In this document: piece after piece, positions 38,511 through 48,828 of the stretch
How positions within the stretch are numbered: position 1 is the stretch's first letter
How the letters are laid out: each line of letters begins with the position of its first letter
IMG/VR virus record: IMGVR_UViG_3300036715_004471
Coordinates: 1 to 64,000 of that record
Direction: 5' to 3' (one strand)
Length of the DNA: 64,000 nt
The notes under the pieces: generated by a model
What the model was told of the DNA's origin: nothing
Databases searched by the model: none
The model's input: the letters and a program-made list of their open reading frames with translations, nothing else
Made by a program: the position numbers and the translations under genes

Positions 38511-38759
38511 AATTGTTTCTCCGAATTGGATCCTTGGATCCGGTTACGATGTCTATCTAACCTTGACGACACCACATCGTCGCATTTAGATTCACATCAT
38601 TGTTTGCCCTTCCACTTGATGGGGTCGGGCTGGAGCATGATGCTCCGTTACTTGCCGCTCGCCACACCGTTGGTCGATGGGGAGATACCGCCGTTCCTAA
38701 CGCCTACTCTAGGGCAGCCATAAACAAAAGGGTACTGATAAGCGCGACCGGGGTAAATT

Positions 38760-39230
38760 CTAAGCGAATTTATAGTTCTCGATGATTTCACATTCATCAT
38801 CATCTAGCTCTGTTCCACCTGATTTGGGTGAATCTTCTACCGACGCAAGCAGAGCTGCTATTTGTCGGTCTGTCTCAGAATCATCTGAGTTCGAGTCCTT
38901 CCGATCAAGGTCCTCAAAATAGTCTTCACGCTTCTCGTCGCTCGCGATGGATTTAACAACCTCGGCGCACATCATTGAGTAAACGTGAATCGCTTGTTCG
39001 ATGTCGCCAATCTCAACATCATTGAAGAAGTACACCCCGTCTTCATTCAGTTCGACGTATGCCATCGCCTCTGTATGCCGAGTTCCCGGAGGAGCATCAT
39101 CATAAGAGATAATAACATTGCACGTTTTGCCAGGTCTGAGACAAAAAATCTTCATCAAACCTTTGGAAAAATCGTCCAAAGCCGAAGCTGTACGATCAGT
39201 CAAGTCGTGAGTGTACTGATCCATGATCAC
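38760..39230 (-). CDS. acidic hypothetical protein
   Basis: 156 aa ORF. Confidence 0.65.
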   Translation of the reverse strand: MIMDQYTHDLTDRTASALDDFSKGLMKIFCLRPGKTCNVIISYDDAPPGTRHTEAMAYVELNEDGVYFFNDVEIGDIEQAIHVYSMMCAEVVKSIASDEKREDYFEDLDRKDSNSDDSETDRQIAALLASVEDSPKSGGTELDDDECEIIENYKFA

Positions 39231-39409
39231 TTCTTATCAAGGTAGTTCTGAAAGAACTTAGTCTCGTTGAAATAATCAGCCGCCTTGATAAAGGGTTTGG
39301 CAACAAAGGTTGCCGCCTTAATCAGGGAGGAGTGAACAACCAAGAGTACCAGCTTGTACGTCGGTTGGAACTTGCGAGCTTCCAGCTCAATGACTCGATC
39401 GATAGACAT
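39227..39409 (-). CDS. hypothetical protein
   Basis: 60 aa, AAGGAG RBS. Confidence 0.5.
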   Translation of the reverse strand: MSIDRVIELEARKFQPTYKLVLLVVHSSLIKAATFVAKPFIKAADYFNETKFFQNYLDKK

Positions 39410-39963
39410 GTATCTTCTCCTTCGGAAAGTAGGGGGTGTGCTTCGTACTCGGAACCCAGAGAAACGACAGAGAAGTCTACCAGATTTTGGGTTCTTCTGT
39501 TTCTAAATCTGTAAACATCCAACCACCCATTTCGTTGCAGAACCTTGTTCTGCGCACTATTAGTGGTTACATGCGTACAGAAAAGAACAGTGTAGCCTCT
39601 ATCTCTGGCGATAGCTCTTCTAAACTTGCCAAGGATAGTGCCAACACCTTTGTTGCGGTAATGGGAGAAAACTTTCTCTCCAGTCGACATGCAAACGCCA
39701 CAGCATCCGCGCAACTGACAAAGAACAAACTCCGCGATTTCCGCCTTGGTATCGGCGTCACGAATAACGAAACCAGCCCCCTCTTCAGACTCGATGAATC
39801 TGGTGTTTCGATTATTCAGCGGCTCCAGATTGTCGAAGCGCTTTGAAGGAGTGATCAAGATCTCCACACGATTGATCTTCAGAGTGCGTCGAATCTCTTC
39901 ACAACACTCTTTCGCGTATGCGGGAACCTGAGTGAGTCTAGCCCAAATACTGTCGTTACTCAT
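39322..39963 (-). CDS. GNAT-fold acetyltransferase
   Basis: VFSHYRNKGVGT (motif A), N..Q..VLQRNGW; paralog of 59172..59960. Confidence 0.75.
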   Translation of the reverse strand: MSNDSIWARLTQVPAYAKECCEEIRRTLKINRVEILITPSKRFDNLEPLNNRNTRFIESEEGAGFVIRDADTKAEIAEFVLCQLRGCCGVCMSTGEKVFSHYRNKGVGTILGKFRRAIARDRGYTVLFCTHVTTNSAQNKVLQRNGWLDVYRFRNRRTQNLVDFSVVSLGSEYEAHPLLSEGEDTCLSIESLSWKLASSNRRTSWYSWLFTPP

Positions 39964-40609
39964 GTTTTTCCTTAGCAGCATCTTGCGCCGTATGTACTGC
40001 ACGGATCAGATCCACTTGACTCCTCAAAACAAACATGATGTTACGATACACATCGTATTGTCGAGGGTGCTTCTTACGAGCCGACTTCAACATCGGCAAA
40101 ATTCGGTTGGTGGTTTCTTCCAGATATCCATCCTGCTTATCTCTGGAAAAGACAGGGACGATGGTACTCTGGTTGTGGATTCTATCTGACCCCTTGACTA
40201 CCGAAGAAATGGGATCATCTTCCATATCAAGGAAGTAGACTTCTGGATCAATCTTACGACCACGATGGGTCTTGGTGACCAACTCAGTGGCGCGCGAGAT
40301 TCGAGTGCTGAATCTTGAATCCAATTCCTTGAAACCAACATCGTAATCTTCCGGGCAATCATGCAAGAAAGATACGGCAATGGTTTCTTCCGGAAACATC
40401 AGACCACTAGAGAGTGTCAGAAGATATCCAGCAATCTCAATCTGATGGTAAAACTCCGGGGTGATCTTGTCTTTTCTGGTCCCCTTATGAAAACCAAGAG
40501 CGAACTCCATGGCTTCCAATGCAGTGAACCAACCTTTGCCCAAGAGAGTGTGTCTAACGGCGATGGTGTGTCTCTGGTATCTGTCCAGAATAACTTCTGC
40601 TGATTCCAT
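39956..40609 (-). CDS. HD-domain (p)ppGpp hydrolase-like protein (SpoT-HD/Mesh1 type)
   Basis: H.GTRKD..PEFYH, LHDCPED, VTK, VKGSDRIHN. Confidence 0.85.
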   Translation of the reverse strand: MESAEVILDRYQRHTIAVRHTLLGKGWFTALEAMEFALGFHKGTRKDKITPEFYHQIEIAGYLLTLSSGLMFPEETIAVSFLHDCPEDYDVGFKELDSRFSTRISRATELVTKTHRGRKIDPEVYFLDMEDDPISSVVKGSDRIHNQSTIVPVFSRDKQDGYLEETTNRILPMLKSARKKHPRQYDVYRNIMFVLRSQVDLIRAVHTAQDAAKEKHE

Positions 40610-40642
40610 GTTTCCTCGCCGTTATCTGGCTTGATGGGAGCC

Positions 40643-41644
40643 TTACTTCTTCATCTGACTGAGATACCAACCGCGAGCTTTATCGCCGACTGGTTTCTGA
40701 ACCTGCTTCCAATCCAATCCAGAAGCCTCAAGCTCATCTTGGTTTTCCTTCTGAACATCCGTAGCAATCCAGCCAAGGAACTTGCCAATGAGCTTCTGAT
40801 TGAAAGTCAGAGAACCATCATCAGAAACCGCCCGAGCCCCCTGCTCCAAACGCGCCATAGTCAGCACCATACCAGCAAACAGATTGGCATTCTCAGCCGA
40901 TTCTGCATTGACCTGAGCAGCAACCTTTGCCTTGACAACACGATGGGCTTCACCCTTCGCCTTAAAAACAAGGTTGCAATAGTTGGCATAACCAAGATGT
41001 TCGACAGAAGTTGGATAGAAAACCAATCCTTCTCCAGTGCCCTTGATACCGAAAGTAGAATCTACCCACGGATCATTCTGCTCTACCGCCATAACCCATT
41101 CGTTGATCAACGAAGTTTTCGCAGATAGAGTCTCATCACTAGCCGACCAGTCTACTTGGATTGGATCGTTATGCCATGGCAGAATATGAATGCCAAGCTC
41201 CGAAGCAACTGGCGACAAAAGATCAGCCAAATGAGTAGGCTCAGAAATAAGAACGCCGTCTTCCGTATTCAGAGAGCGAGCAGCAAACAAAGCAAAAACC
41301 TTATCATTAAGCTGCTCAAGTGCAACTCCGCTTTGAATACCCTTGCCGCACCACTCGCCATACAGGATAAAACCATTGGCATTAGAAGCTAGAAGGGGAG
41401 CCTTGATTGTCTCGACCCACTTAGCAAAACCTTTATTATCTTTTTCAGGAGTAAGAACAACGCCTCTACTCTGACAAACGATACTTCCATCGTTATGAAT
41501 TTGAATTGCATGATTCTCTCCATGCAACTTAACCTTACCACGATAGGTAACGATCGGATAGCCGTTCAAAATATCAGGAACAGAAACAGCATACTTTCTG
41601 ATATTATGGAAGCCTTCGATTTCGGTCCAGGGAATGACAGCCAT
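40643..41644 (-). CDS. ATP-dependent RNA ligase (Rnl2-like)
   Basis: KLHGEN, QSR, YGEWCG, GEGLV, FKAK. Confidence 0.85.
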   Translation of the reverse strand: MAVIPWTEIEGFHNIRKYAVSVPDILNGYPIVTYRGKVKLHGENHAIQIHNDGSIVCQSRGVVLTPEKDNKGFAKWVETIKAPLLASNANGFILYGEWCGKGIQSGVALEQLNDKVFALFAARSLNTEDGVLISEPTHLADLLSPVASELGIHILPWHNDPIQVDWSASDETLSAKTSLINEWVMAVEQNDPWVDSTFGIKGTGEGLVFYPTSVEHLGYANYCNLVFKAKGEAHRVVKAKVAAQVNAESAENANLFAGMVLTMARLEQGARAVSDDGSLTFNQKLIGKFLGWIATDVQKENQDELEASGLDWKQVQKPVGDKARGWYLSQMKK

Positions 41645-41659
41645 GATCTTATCCTTATC

Positions 41660-42175
41660 TCACACTGACCATTCGCAGTGAAGTTTTTTGTACGGTTTGA
41701 AAGTTGTAGATCCATTAAGCAGGATCTTATGCTGCGGAAGAAAACTAATCTGCCCATTGGAAAGCTGAATGGCATGCAAAAGATCATTGCCCGTGTACCA
41801 ATCCAAAGTGAAAAGGTACAATCCTTCTGTCAAACATTTAAGGTCTTTCAAGAAGATCGAAAGTTGGCGATCCTTCAAAAAGTCCCAAACAGACAGAGAG
41901 AACTCCACGTCCGGGCAGTTATGATAAACCAATGACTTCAAAGAGAAGTCGAATGCAGGATCCTTGAGCTTGGTTGAAACAAGATGCGGAGGAACATAAG
42001 AGAAGAGGCTGTCACCTTCCACTACGATCTGGAAAGTGGGCACTGATCCTTTGTAACTCGTCACTCCGACAAGCTGACAAGGAACCGTTATACCCGCTTT
42101 GCTTGGATCCATATCGTAAAGAACATCTTCTCTAACGACGGCTTTGATTGGCTGAATGCTGGCGTGAACAAGCAC
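41660..42175 (-). CDS. hypothetical phage protein
   Basis: 171 aa; YLFTLDW. Confidence 0.65.
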   Translation of the reverse strand: MLVHASIQPIKAVVREDVLYDMDPSKAGITVPCQLVGVTSYKGSVPTFQIVVEGDSLFSYVPPHLVSTKLKDPAFDFSLKSLVYHNCPDVEFSLSVWDFLKDRQLSIFLKDLKCLTEGLYLFTLDWYTGNDLLHAIQLSNGQISFLPQHKILLNGSTTFKPYKKLHCEWSV

Positions 42176-42196
42176 GATAATTTCCTTGTTGGAATT

Positions 42197-42739
42197 CTAT
42201 TCGTTGGGCGCCATCCACTTGATGATGATTCCAGCAACCATCTCTACCTCACTGAAATCGTTTAGGCAAACTTTGAGAACGCTCCCCGCGCTCATCATGC
42301 CGCACTTTGCGAACCAGTTGGTGGTCTGTTCGATGATTGCTAAACCTTCTGTCTCGAAGGTTAGCGGAGACAATGGACTTGATGGGTGCGCCAAGAACAC
42401 TACTCGATCATATACCGGATTAAAAAGCGTCAGGAAATCTCTGGGATTCCTAAAGCCTTCCAAAACATAATCGCCATCCTGAGCAAGCACGCCAGGATAA
42501 TTCTGACGAATATGATTGATGCAGTGGTTTGGATCTTCCGCTAGAAGACGCTGAGAGAACAACGTAATCTCTTCTAGGGTACGCTGTCTGTCTTCTATGG
42601 TCACTACAGGACCAGAAGGAACAAAGATGTTGCGTACCCAATCAGAAGCGGAAATCCTCGTGGCTTTCAACCCTGCCGCAACCTGGTTAGCAATGGGTGT
42701 CTTAGCGCTACGGGAAGGACCGATGATGTAGACGTTCAT
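42197..42739 (-). CDS. P-loop (NMP-kinase-like) protein
   Basis: IIGPSRSAKT, VLEGFR. Confidence 0.65.
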   Translation of the reverse strand: MNVYIIGPSRSAKTPIANQVAAGLKATRISASDWVRNIFVPSGPVVTIEDRQRTLEEITLFSQRLLAEDPNHCINHIRQNYPGVLAQDGDYVLEGFRNPRDFLTLFNPVYDRVVFLAHPSSPLSPLTFETEGLAIIEQTTNWFAKCGMMSAGSVLKVCLNDFSEVEMVAGIIIKWMAPNE

Positions 42740-42993
42740 GATCTTAGCTGATGAGCTTCTCTTGTCTTACCCAAAACTAAAATACGATTGTCGGGCAGAC
42801 GAATACCATAGACCTCATATGGACGTTTATCTCCGCGCACACTATCTTCGGATCGCATGATCGCATCATGATCAACATAAACCGAATGAAGTACATCGTA
42901 CTTAGTGATCCAATCGCTGTAAACGGTTGAAAAATACCAAGCCCAAAATCGTTCGATATTCATTTGAATTAAAGTCCTTTGGGCTCCGCCCAA
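42736..42993 (-). CDS. hypothetical protein
   Basis: ORF in minus-strand run. Confidence 0.5.
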   Translation of the reverse strand: MGGAQRTLIQMNIERFWAWYFSTVYSDWITKYDVLHSVYVDHDAIMRSEDSVRGDKRPYEVYGIRLPDNRILVLGKTREAHQLRS

Positions 42994-43163
42994 TGCGGTT
43001 TGTCGAGCAAACGCATCAGCCAGCCGTCATTATGATCGCAGAAACCGTTTGGACAATCTCTCAAACGTCCGTAACGATCAGGAACCATACCGTGTTCCTG
43101 ATACCGAAACTCCAACTGGTTGTATGGGAACTTGCCCTCATAAACCAATGCACGAGCAGCCAT
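42969..43163 (-). CDS. hypothetical protein
   Basis: 64 aa ORF. Confidence 0.45.
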   Translation of the reverse strand: MAARALVYEGKFPYNQLEFRYQEHGMVPDRYGRLRDCPNGFCDHNDGWLMRLLDKPHWAEPKGL

Positions 43164-43291
43164 GATGAAGTTCGAGGTGGAGACCGTAACAGTCTCTCGG
43201 CTATCATCACTGAGAAATGCAAGGACTTCCGCCTCTGCCGAATGATCCGAGTAAGCTTAACCCGTACTATTGAACTCGATAATCTTCATCG

Positions 43292-43549
43292 TCAATCCTT
43301 GTTGGCAGCAATCTCTCGATACGTTTTCAGTCGAGCTTCGGCTACCTTGATGATGTTTTCAAGGCGATTGATATCGGATCCGATCCCGCCATTACAGCCG
43401 GCGTAGATGAAATCCTTTTCCCACAAGAGCTGCCAATCACGCTGGCAATCATAACGAATCTGATTGCGAGCAAAGAGTACGCGCACCGGCGGCTGGGTCA
43501 TATCAACGGCGTCGATATAGAAATCTTGAAGGGGAATCTCTTTTTCCAT
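43292..43549 (-). CDS. hypothetical protein
   Basis: 85 aa ORF. Confidence 0.6.
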   Translation of the reverse strand: MEKEIPLQDFYIDAVDMTQPPVRVLFARNQIRYDCQRDWQLLWEKDFIYAGCNGGIGSDINRLENIIKVAEARLKTYREIAANKD

Positions 43550-43555
43550 GTTTGT

Positions 43556-44176
43556 TCAGCAGGGATTAACTGCGTCCTTATAGTCGTGCTTCACCACGCC
43601 CACCTCAGCGATCAAGGAGAAGACGACGTAGTTGTTGGGCACATAGGGTGCCGAAGTCTTGCGAATGATGATGCCAACGCCCTCACGATCAGGACCATTG
43701 CCCGTATGAATCTTGAGGTACTTGACCTCAAACTCATCGCCCGGGAAAGCGATGGACTCATAACGATCAGTGTGCCAACCGGATTCAGTGATGGCATGAC
43801 AGTCACCTTCCGTAATTGGAGTGCCCCAATTGACGTGACTCTCATGAATAGCCTCGAAGCCGTAACCGAAGTCGAAGGCGGTACGCTCGTGAAGCAACTG
43901 CTTCTTGTAATCGAAACCCAACCGCGCATTCTTGCGCAGCGTACCAGAAGCATGAAGGAAAAGGAATTCTGCTTCGCTCATGAAGCGAGCGCGAACTCTC
44001 ATCCACATTGGATTGGTATGCTTGATTTTGGAAGCCTTTTCCACATCAGCAATCATCCGAGCCAGGTCGCCAGACATCTCTTGTGCCTGATGAATCAGGG
44101 CTCCCAACTCACCATCGATCTGAAACTTGCTGGTTGCTTTAGTTCCAGTTGCACGAAGACCGCCCTCGAAATCCAT
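43556..44176 (-). CDS. hypothetical phage protein
   Basis: 206 aa; HASGTLRK. Confidence 0.7.
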   Translation of the reverse strand: MDFEGGLRATGTKATSKFQIDGELGALIHQAQEMSGDLARMIADVEKASKIKHTNPMWMRVRARFMSEAEFLFLHASGTLRKNARLGFDYKKQLLHERTAFDFGYGFEAIHESHVNWGTPITEGDCHAITESGWHTDRYESIAFPGDEFEVKYLKIHTGNGPDREGVGIIIRKTSAPYVPNNYVVFSLIAEVGVVKHDYKDAVNPC

Positions 44177-44180
44177 TTAT

Positions 44181-44402
44181 CTATCTCCCTGGTTGCCAGG
44201 TTTGAAGGTGACGATACACTCCCTTGCCATCCAAGAAGTGGATGGGAACCGAGAAGTTAGCTCCGACCGGATAAGAAGTGCCGTCAACTACGGTGCCTTT
44301 GAGGATCACAGAATCTCCAACGGCTTGGTATTCACGAATCCAAAACTGAATCCTGGAGTCGCCCCACACCTCATCAATGTAACTAGATGGATGTCTAGAC
44401 AT
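44181..44402 (-). CDS. hypothetical protein
   Basis: 73 aa ORF. Confidence 0.55.
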   Translation of the reverse strand: MSRHPSSYIDEVWGDSRIQFWIREYQAVGDSVILKGTVVDGTSYPVGANFSVPIHFLDGKGVYRHLQTWQPGR

Positions 44403-44405
44403 TTA

Positions 44406-45116
44406 TCACCAAGCATTCATCAAACGCGGACCAGGCTGCGAGGTGCAATTGATAGCACCATTCGCAACCGTGTAGATCGCGCCAACCTCTTCCATTGGAA
44501 GATATTCTTCAGGAGTCAGGTTTGCATGTTCACAAGCAAACTTCAGAATAGAAGGCGTGGAAGCGTACACTACTCCACCCTCCTTCATAGTTGCTCCAAA
44601 GATTTCAGAGTCACCAGTCAGTCGGCAAATCTTGATCTCGTTCAGATTAGATGCCTCGACCCAAGTGATGACACCCCAGCCGCTCATCTTGGCAAGCTCT
44701 GCCAACTGATTGTCAGCCATCAGATGAAACACTTCCTGAGAGTCAACCGTGATGGCTCGACCATTGTGACGAGCACTAAACCAAGCGTCGTCGAACATTC
44801 CATTGTGAGAACCCCACAAAACTGTTGCGCCATTCCTTTCAATAGGGAACGGATGCACATCAGTCTCTACAGAAGAGATGGGTCCTCTGGAGTGCATCAT
44901 ACAGCTCTCCATGGAAGAGGCTGCATCCATGAAATCACGTTCCACGGCACGCCAGCTACGAATGTCACGTCGGAAACCCATGCCGCCATTACCATCCAGG
45001 TTGACATAACCAGAGCCACCCATACCTCTAGTCACAATGGCGTGACCAAGAGCAGCAGTCAGGATCAAACGAGTCTCGGGATCAGAAATATTACTGTATC
45101 CGCTCAAACCACACAT
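44406..45116 (-). CDS. class II glutamine amidotransferase, second copy
   Basis: MCGLSGY, HSRG, VHPF, HNG, VDSQ; paralog of 30401..31414. Confidence 0.88.
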   Translation of the reverse strand: MCGLSGYSNISDPETRLILTAALGHAIVTRGMGGSGYVNLDGNGGMGFRRDIRSWRAVERDFMDAASSMESCMMHSRGPISSVETDVHPFPIERNGATVLWGSHNGMFDDAWFSARHNGRAITVDSQEVFHLMADNQLAELAKMSGWGVITWVEASNLNEIKICRLTGDSEIFGATMKEGGVVYASTPSILKFACEHANLTPEEYLPMEEVGAIYTVANGAINCTSQPGPRLMNAW

Positions 45117-45146
45117 AACTTTTGATTCCTTGGTTATATACTATGT

Positions 45147-45734
45147 ATGAACGACACACACAATATGATTGTTTGTAAACAATGTAAAAAACATTCTCCA
45201 ACGAATGGAAAAAAGATGTGCGCCCAATGTCTTGAGAAAGCCAAAGCATATCGCCGGAAAAAGAAATCTATTGGGTCATGTGCTTCTTGTAAAGCAAGAC
45301 CTAGTGATGGATCTATTTATTGTAACGATTGCTTGGTTAAGCGCAGAACTTATGAACGCAAGCGCGAATCCGCTAGAAGAGCCAACGGCTTCTGCACTCA
45401 TTGTGTTGGTAAATTTCCTATTCCAGGAATACGTATTTGTAGTGATTGTTGGTGGAAACAGAAATCACTTAGTGTGACGGGATCAACAACCAACATTAAC
45501 TTAATCAAATCCAAATGGGATGATCAAAATGGTAAATGCGCCCTTACATGCGAGACATTGATACCTGGCACGAATGCTAGTTTGGACCATATCATTCCGA
45601 AATCTAAAGGAGGAACAAGTGCCATTGATAACTTACAATGGGTATTAACCTCTATCAATAGTGGAAAACATGATCTCACTCAAGAAGAATTTATTCGTCT
45701 TTGTAGATTAGTGGCGAAACTCAATCCATTATGA
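45147..45734 (+). CDS. HNH endonuclease with N-terminal Cys repeats
   Basis: QNGKCALT..SLDHIIPKSKGG..DNLQWV..N..K. Confidence 0.85.
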   Translation: MNDTHNMIVCKQCKKHSPTNGKKMCAQCLEKAKAYRRKKKSIGSCASCKARPSDGSIYCNDCLVKRRTYERKRESARRANGFCTHCVGKFPIPGIRICSDCWWKQKSLSVTGSTTNINLIKSKWDDQNGKCALTCETLIPGTNASLDHIIPKSKGGTSAIDNLQWVLTSINSGKHDLTQEEFIRLCRLVAKLNPL

Positions 45735-45834
45735 ATTCTACCTATCTACAATAACCTAACACCAGGGTTTAGAATAACCTGATGTACAAGTCAGATGATG
45801 AGGGACTTTGAAATAAGGATCAGAAGTACAGCAA

Positions 45835-46254
45835 TCAGCATCTGATTGACAACTCAAGACTGGTCTCGGCGCCGCAAGCAATACAGGGTCTAGGCGCACC
45901 ATCACAATAACCGCCACGCCTCACAACAGGAGATGCAGGCATCACAACTCGTTTGCGCGCCACAAGTTTTCGCTGATTAAGTTCATGCAAGTATGCAAAA
46001 ACCTTATCCATGGAGTTAATAGAACCATTCATTAGATTCATGAAGAATCTATAAAACAGCATCCCCACATGGTAAATCAAGAAAATCGGTAGAATGATGA
46101 ACCAAAAGAAAGTTGTGAGAACAGCATATTCGCCACCAACTTCGTTTTGCGGATATCCGCGAACCGGGTTTGTCTTCCACCACTTATCTCTTTTGGCAGC
46201 CGCCAAGATGAAACCCAGAGGCAAACCTGCCAGATAGATATAGAGTGCAGTCAT
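45835..46254 (-). CDS. membrane protein
   Basis: Two TM segments. Confidence 0.6.
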   Translation of the reverse strand: MTALYIYLAGLPLGFILAAAKRDKWWKTNPVRGYPQNEVGGEYAVLTTFFWFIILPIFLIYHVGMLFYRFFMNLMNGSINSMDKVFAYLHELNQRKLVARKRVVMPASPVVRRGGYCDGAPRPCIACGAETSLELSIRC

Positions 46255-46273
46255 GTTCTAATATCCTTTATGC

Positions 46274-46645
46274 TCAAATGAGCGATGATGCAGTACCAGC
46301 ATACTCGATCCAATCACCCGACTCAACCAAGTCATTGTTGCTGGTATCGTGATGAAAGATATAAGCTTCTACCTCCACTCCATCACCCACCTCGATAGAC
46401 GTGCGCACGTACAAATGCGGATGACCCTCAACCCTGTCAAGGTATTTCTTGGTATCATCGGAGACTTCATAGACCTCTCCAAGAACCGCAGTCTTGCCAC
46501 CAGGACAGAGAGCGGGGAAAGCGCCCAAAGAACGAAGGCTGTACTCGGGCTTGGTTCGGCACGTCTCAACGTACTCAGAATCAGCCAGCGCACCATGCAG
46601 GGGTCCGCCCATACGGAGCGAACCGTAAACAAAAATCTTCGACAT
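46274..46645 (-). CDS. gamma-glutamylcyclotransferase (GGCT/AIG2-like)
   Basis: IFVYGSLR, GEVY, LDRVEG, YVR, SGDW. Confidence 0.92.
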   Translation of the reverse strand: MSKIFVYGSLRMGGPLHGALADSEYVETCRTKPEYSLRSLGAFPALCPGGKTAVLGEVYEVSDDTKKYLDRVEGHPHLYVRTSIEVGDGVEVEAYIFHHDTSNNDLVESGDWIEYAGTASSLI

Positions 46646-46655
46646 TTTCTTGCTC

Positions 46656-46979
46656 TTACTTTCTCACGTGTATGGTGGGACAGAACATCTTTTCTCCGTT
46701 CAGCTGAACGATAGAGTAACCTGCGGGAGTATGCACATGCACTTTCACCGTGGTTTTCTCAGCGAGAATCGTTCCGTGATATGTCAGCAAAGCATTCACC
46801 TCACAGGAACTTTTGTCTCCGTCATTCTGCTCAGAGCATCTCTTCCAGGAGTAAAGACCTTCAGGCTGATCGAAACAAGCTACCTGGTTATTGGAACGAC
46901 CGTTGACGTACCAATTCTGAGTCACACCAGCACTACAACCAATCATAGTTGCCAGCATCAAAAGAATGCAAAGTCTCAT
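46656..46979 (-). CDS. putative lipoprotein
   Basis: MRLCILLMLATMIGC. Confidence 0.55.
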   Translation of the reverse strand: MRLCILLMLATMIGCSAGVTQNWYVNGRSNNQVACFDQPEGLYSWKRCSEQNDGDKSSCEVNALLTYHGTILAEKTTVKVHVHTPAGYSIVQLNGEKMFCPTIHVRK

Positions 46980-47311
46980 GAAGTTTTCTCCGTCGGTTCT
47001 CCGATCGGAACCCAATCGGAGGGATTGATTGGATCTGATTCGTCGCACGTACAACTGTAGCGAATTGCCTGGTATCCGTTACGGGGAACCTTCTCCTTGA
47101 CAATCAAGCCGGTCGAACATGAGTTACATCGCCTCTCTGAAAGTTCTTTGGTTTCTCTTTCAGAGAGGATGCGTCTCAGCTCATTAGCTTCATCATGAGA
47201 TAGATGAAGCTCAACAATCGTGGGATGATTGCGAGAGAAAGGCTTACTAGGCTCTGCCTTAGCAAACCTTGCCCCTCTACGAATCAACTCCTGAATCAAA
47301 TTCAGGTTCAT
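46976..47311 (-). CDS. hypothetical protein
   Basis: CNSC..CTC. Confidence 0.6.
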   Translation of the reverse strand: MNLNLIQELIRRGARFAKAEPSKPFSRNHPTIVELHLSHDEANELRRILSERETKELSERRCNSCSTGLIVKEKVPRNGYQAIRYSCTCDESDPINPSDWVPIGEPTEKTS

Positions 47312-47314
47312 GGA

Positions 47315-47947
47315 TCAACCGCGCGAGAAGCGTACCTGGGTCTGCCCCACCGACATGCGAGACTTCAAAGAGCCGCTCGCACGATTGGTGTGCATGTAAG
47401 GAGAACGCGTGCGAGGAATCATCGCCTTGATGGCGCTCTCTCGCTCATGACGAGTCACCATGGGTTTACCATTCTTGCCGATGACCTTCGTCCAGATCAC
47501 CTCAGCATACTGTCCACTGTAACACTCGCTGAGACGACGCTGACACCAGCGATCAGCCTCCTGGGAATGATCGAATCCAGAGCGAAGCTCCTTGTCATTT
47601 CCATCCACCTTGGTCGTGGCGATGGTACCATCCTGGTTGTAAACGACCCCCTGATAGGGCTTGTCGTTCTTGTACTCGCGCGGCGGGCGATTGATCTGCT
47701 CTTCAACCTTCAGCGTATCCTGCGCCATCACATGATGAAGGGCAGCTTTCATGATGGTCTCCAGACCAGGGGTCGGGAGAGTTTCTTTGGCATCAATGCT
47801 GAGAAGCACGGGGGCAGCCTCATCGGCAAGCTCACCCGTCTCCAGCCACTCGCGATGAGTCGCCAGAAATGCGGTAGCACTCTTGATTCCACCACGTGCA
47901 GCCAGGCTCAAAAACCACTTGGGGGTCATTCTCTTCTTATCAGACAC
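47315..47947 (-). CDS. hypothetical protein
   Basis: 210 aa, GAGGAG RBS. Confidence 0.7.
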   Translation of the reverse strand: MSDKKRMTPKWFLSLAARGGIKSATAFLATHREWLETGELADEAAPVLLSIDAKETLPTPGLETIMKAALHHVMAQDTLKVEEQINRPPREYKNDKPYQGVVYNQDGTIATTKVDGNDKELRSGFDHSQEADRWCQRRLSECYSGQYAEVIWTKVIGKNGKPMVTRHERESAIKAMIPRTRSPYMHTNRASGSLKSRMSVGQTQVRFSRG

Positions 47948-48032
47948 GGAAACTCTCCTCTATTGAGATACTTGTTTGAAGTTGATGTGTGTAGTGTCAC
48001 CTATACTGTGACTCTGTATCCGATGGGAGGTT

Positions 48033-48461
48033 TTACCTCGCGCGTTTGCTTTCCCGGTCGGAATTGAATTCTTTCCAACGAAGAGTCGCCCCAAGACTCC
48101 TAACAATGGAATCATGATCTCCAATCAGAAGACCAAGCTTACGAAGGAAGTATTTTGCCTGAATGAAATTTCCGGCTTCCAACTCTTGGATTACACGCTC
48201 CCGCTCTTCTACGGTAACGTGTTCTTTGATTGCTTTTTCCAGAGTAAACAGAAGATCGATATAGGTGCATTTAACCAAATCAATCGTCACCGGATACTTC
48301 TCACGATACGTCCAAAGCAAGTCAATACACTTGGCGATGACTTGGTAATCGGTTCTCTGAGTTACGATACCCAGAGGATTCATCAAGAAACATCGCAGAC
48401 AATGCTGTGGATTGTACGGTTGCCAGTCAGCACAAGAAAAATTGTCGTTATGCTGAAGCAT
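48033..48461 (-). CDS. hypothetical protein
   Basis: Likely start MLQHND overlapping the upstream stop. Confidence 0.5.
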   Translation of the reverse strand: MLQHNDNFSCADWQPYNPQHCLRCFLMNPLGIVTQRTDYQVIAKCIDLLWTYREKYPVTIDLVKCTYIDLLFTLEKAIKEHVTVEERERVIQELEAGNFIQAKYFLRKLGLLIGDHDSIVRSLGATLRWKEFNSDRESKRAR

Positions 48462-48810
48462 TTTGATTTTCGCTTCGAGATAGCCGAATGATTCTGTATG
48501 ATGCTTTCCAAGCAATTCGAGCCAAGTCACTATCCTTTTGGTTCTTTTTCGATTGGATGGCAACTCGCTTCTCATCATTGGAAGCAAGCCACAAAGCCAT
48601 TTCTTTTTCGTAATTGACATTCGGAACTTCGCGACAGAAAACCAAACAGGTTTCCCAATCACCACGTTCCTCCTGAATCACTTCGGTAGGAATACATGCA
48701 TACTTGTCCTGGAAGTACTTGTAGACCTCCAGAATATCCTGCATGGTGGGCTCAAACGGAAGAACTTTGCTCTCGGTTAGGTACTTGGTCTTGCTGGGCG
48801 CCATGTTCAC
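48448..48810 (-). CDS. hypothetical protein
   Basis: 120 aa ORF. Confidence 0.55.
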   Translation of the reverse strand: MNMAPSKTKYLTESKVLPFEPTMQDILEVYKYFQDKYACIPTEVIQEERGDWETCLVFCREVPNVNYEKEMALWLASNDEKRVAIQSKKNQKDSDLARIAWKASYRIIRLSRSENQNASA

Positions 48811-48828
48811 TGTGGTTGTTCCTTGAGA

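Noticed and set aside
38605-38718. Additional structured RNA (tgccct...agggca closure with internal hairpins)
   Set aside because: Pairing is plausible but there is no T-arm/acceptor geometry or known motif; too weak to call by eye.
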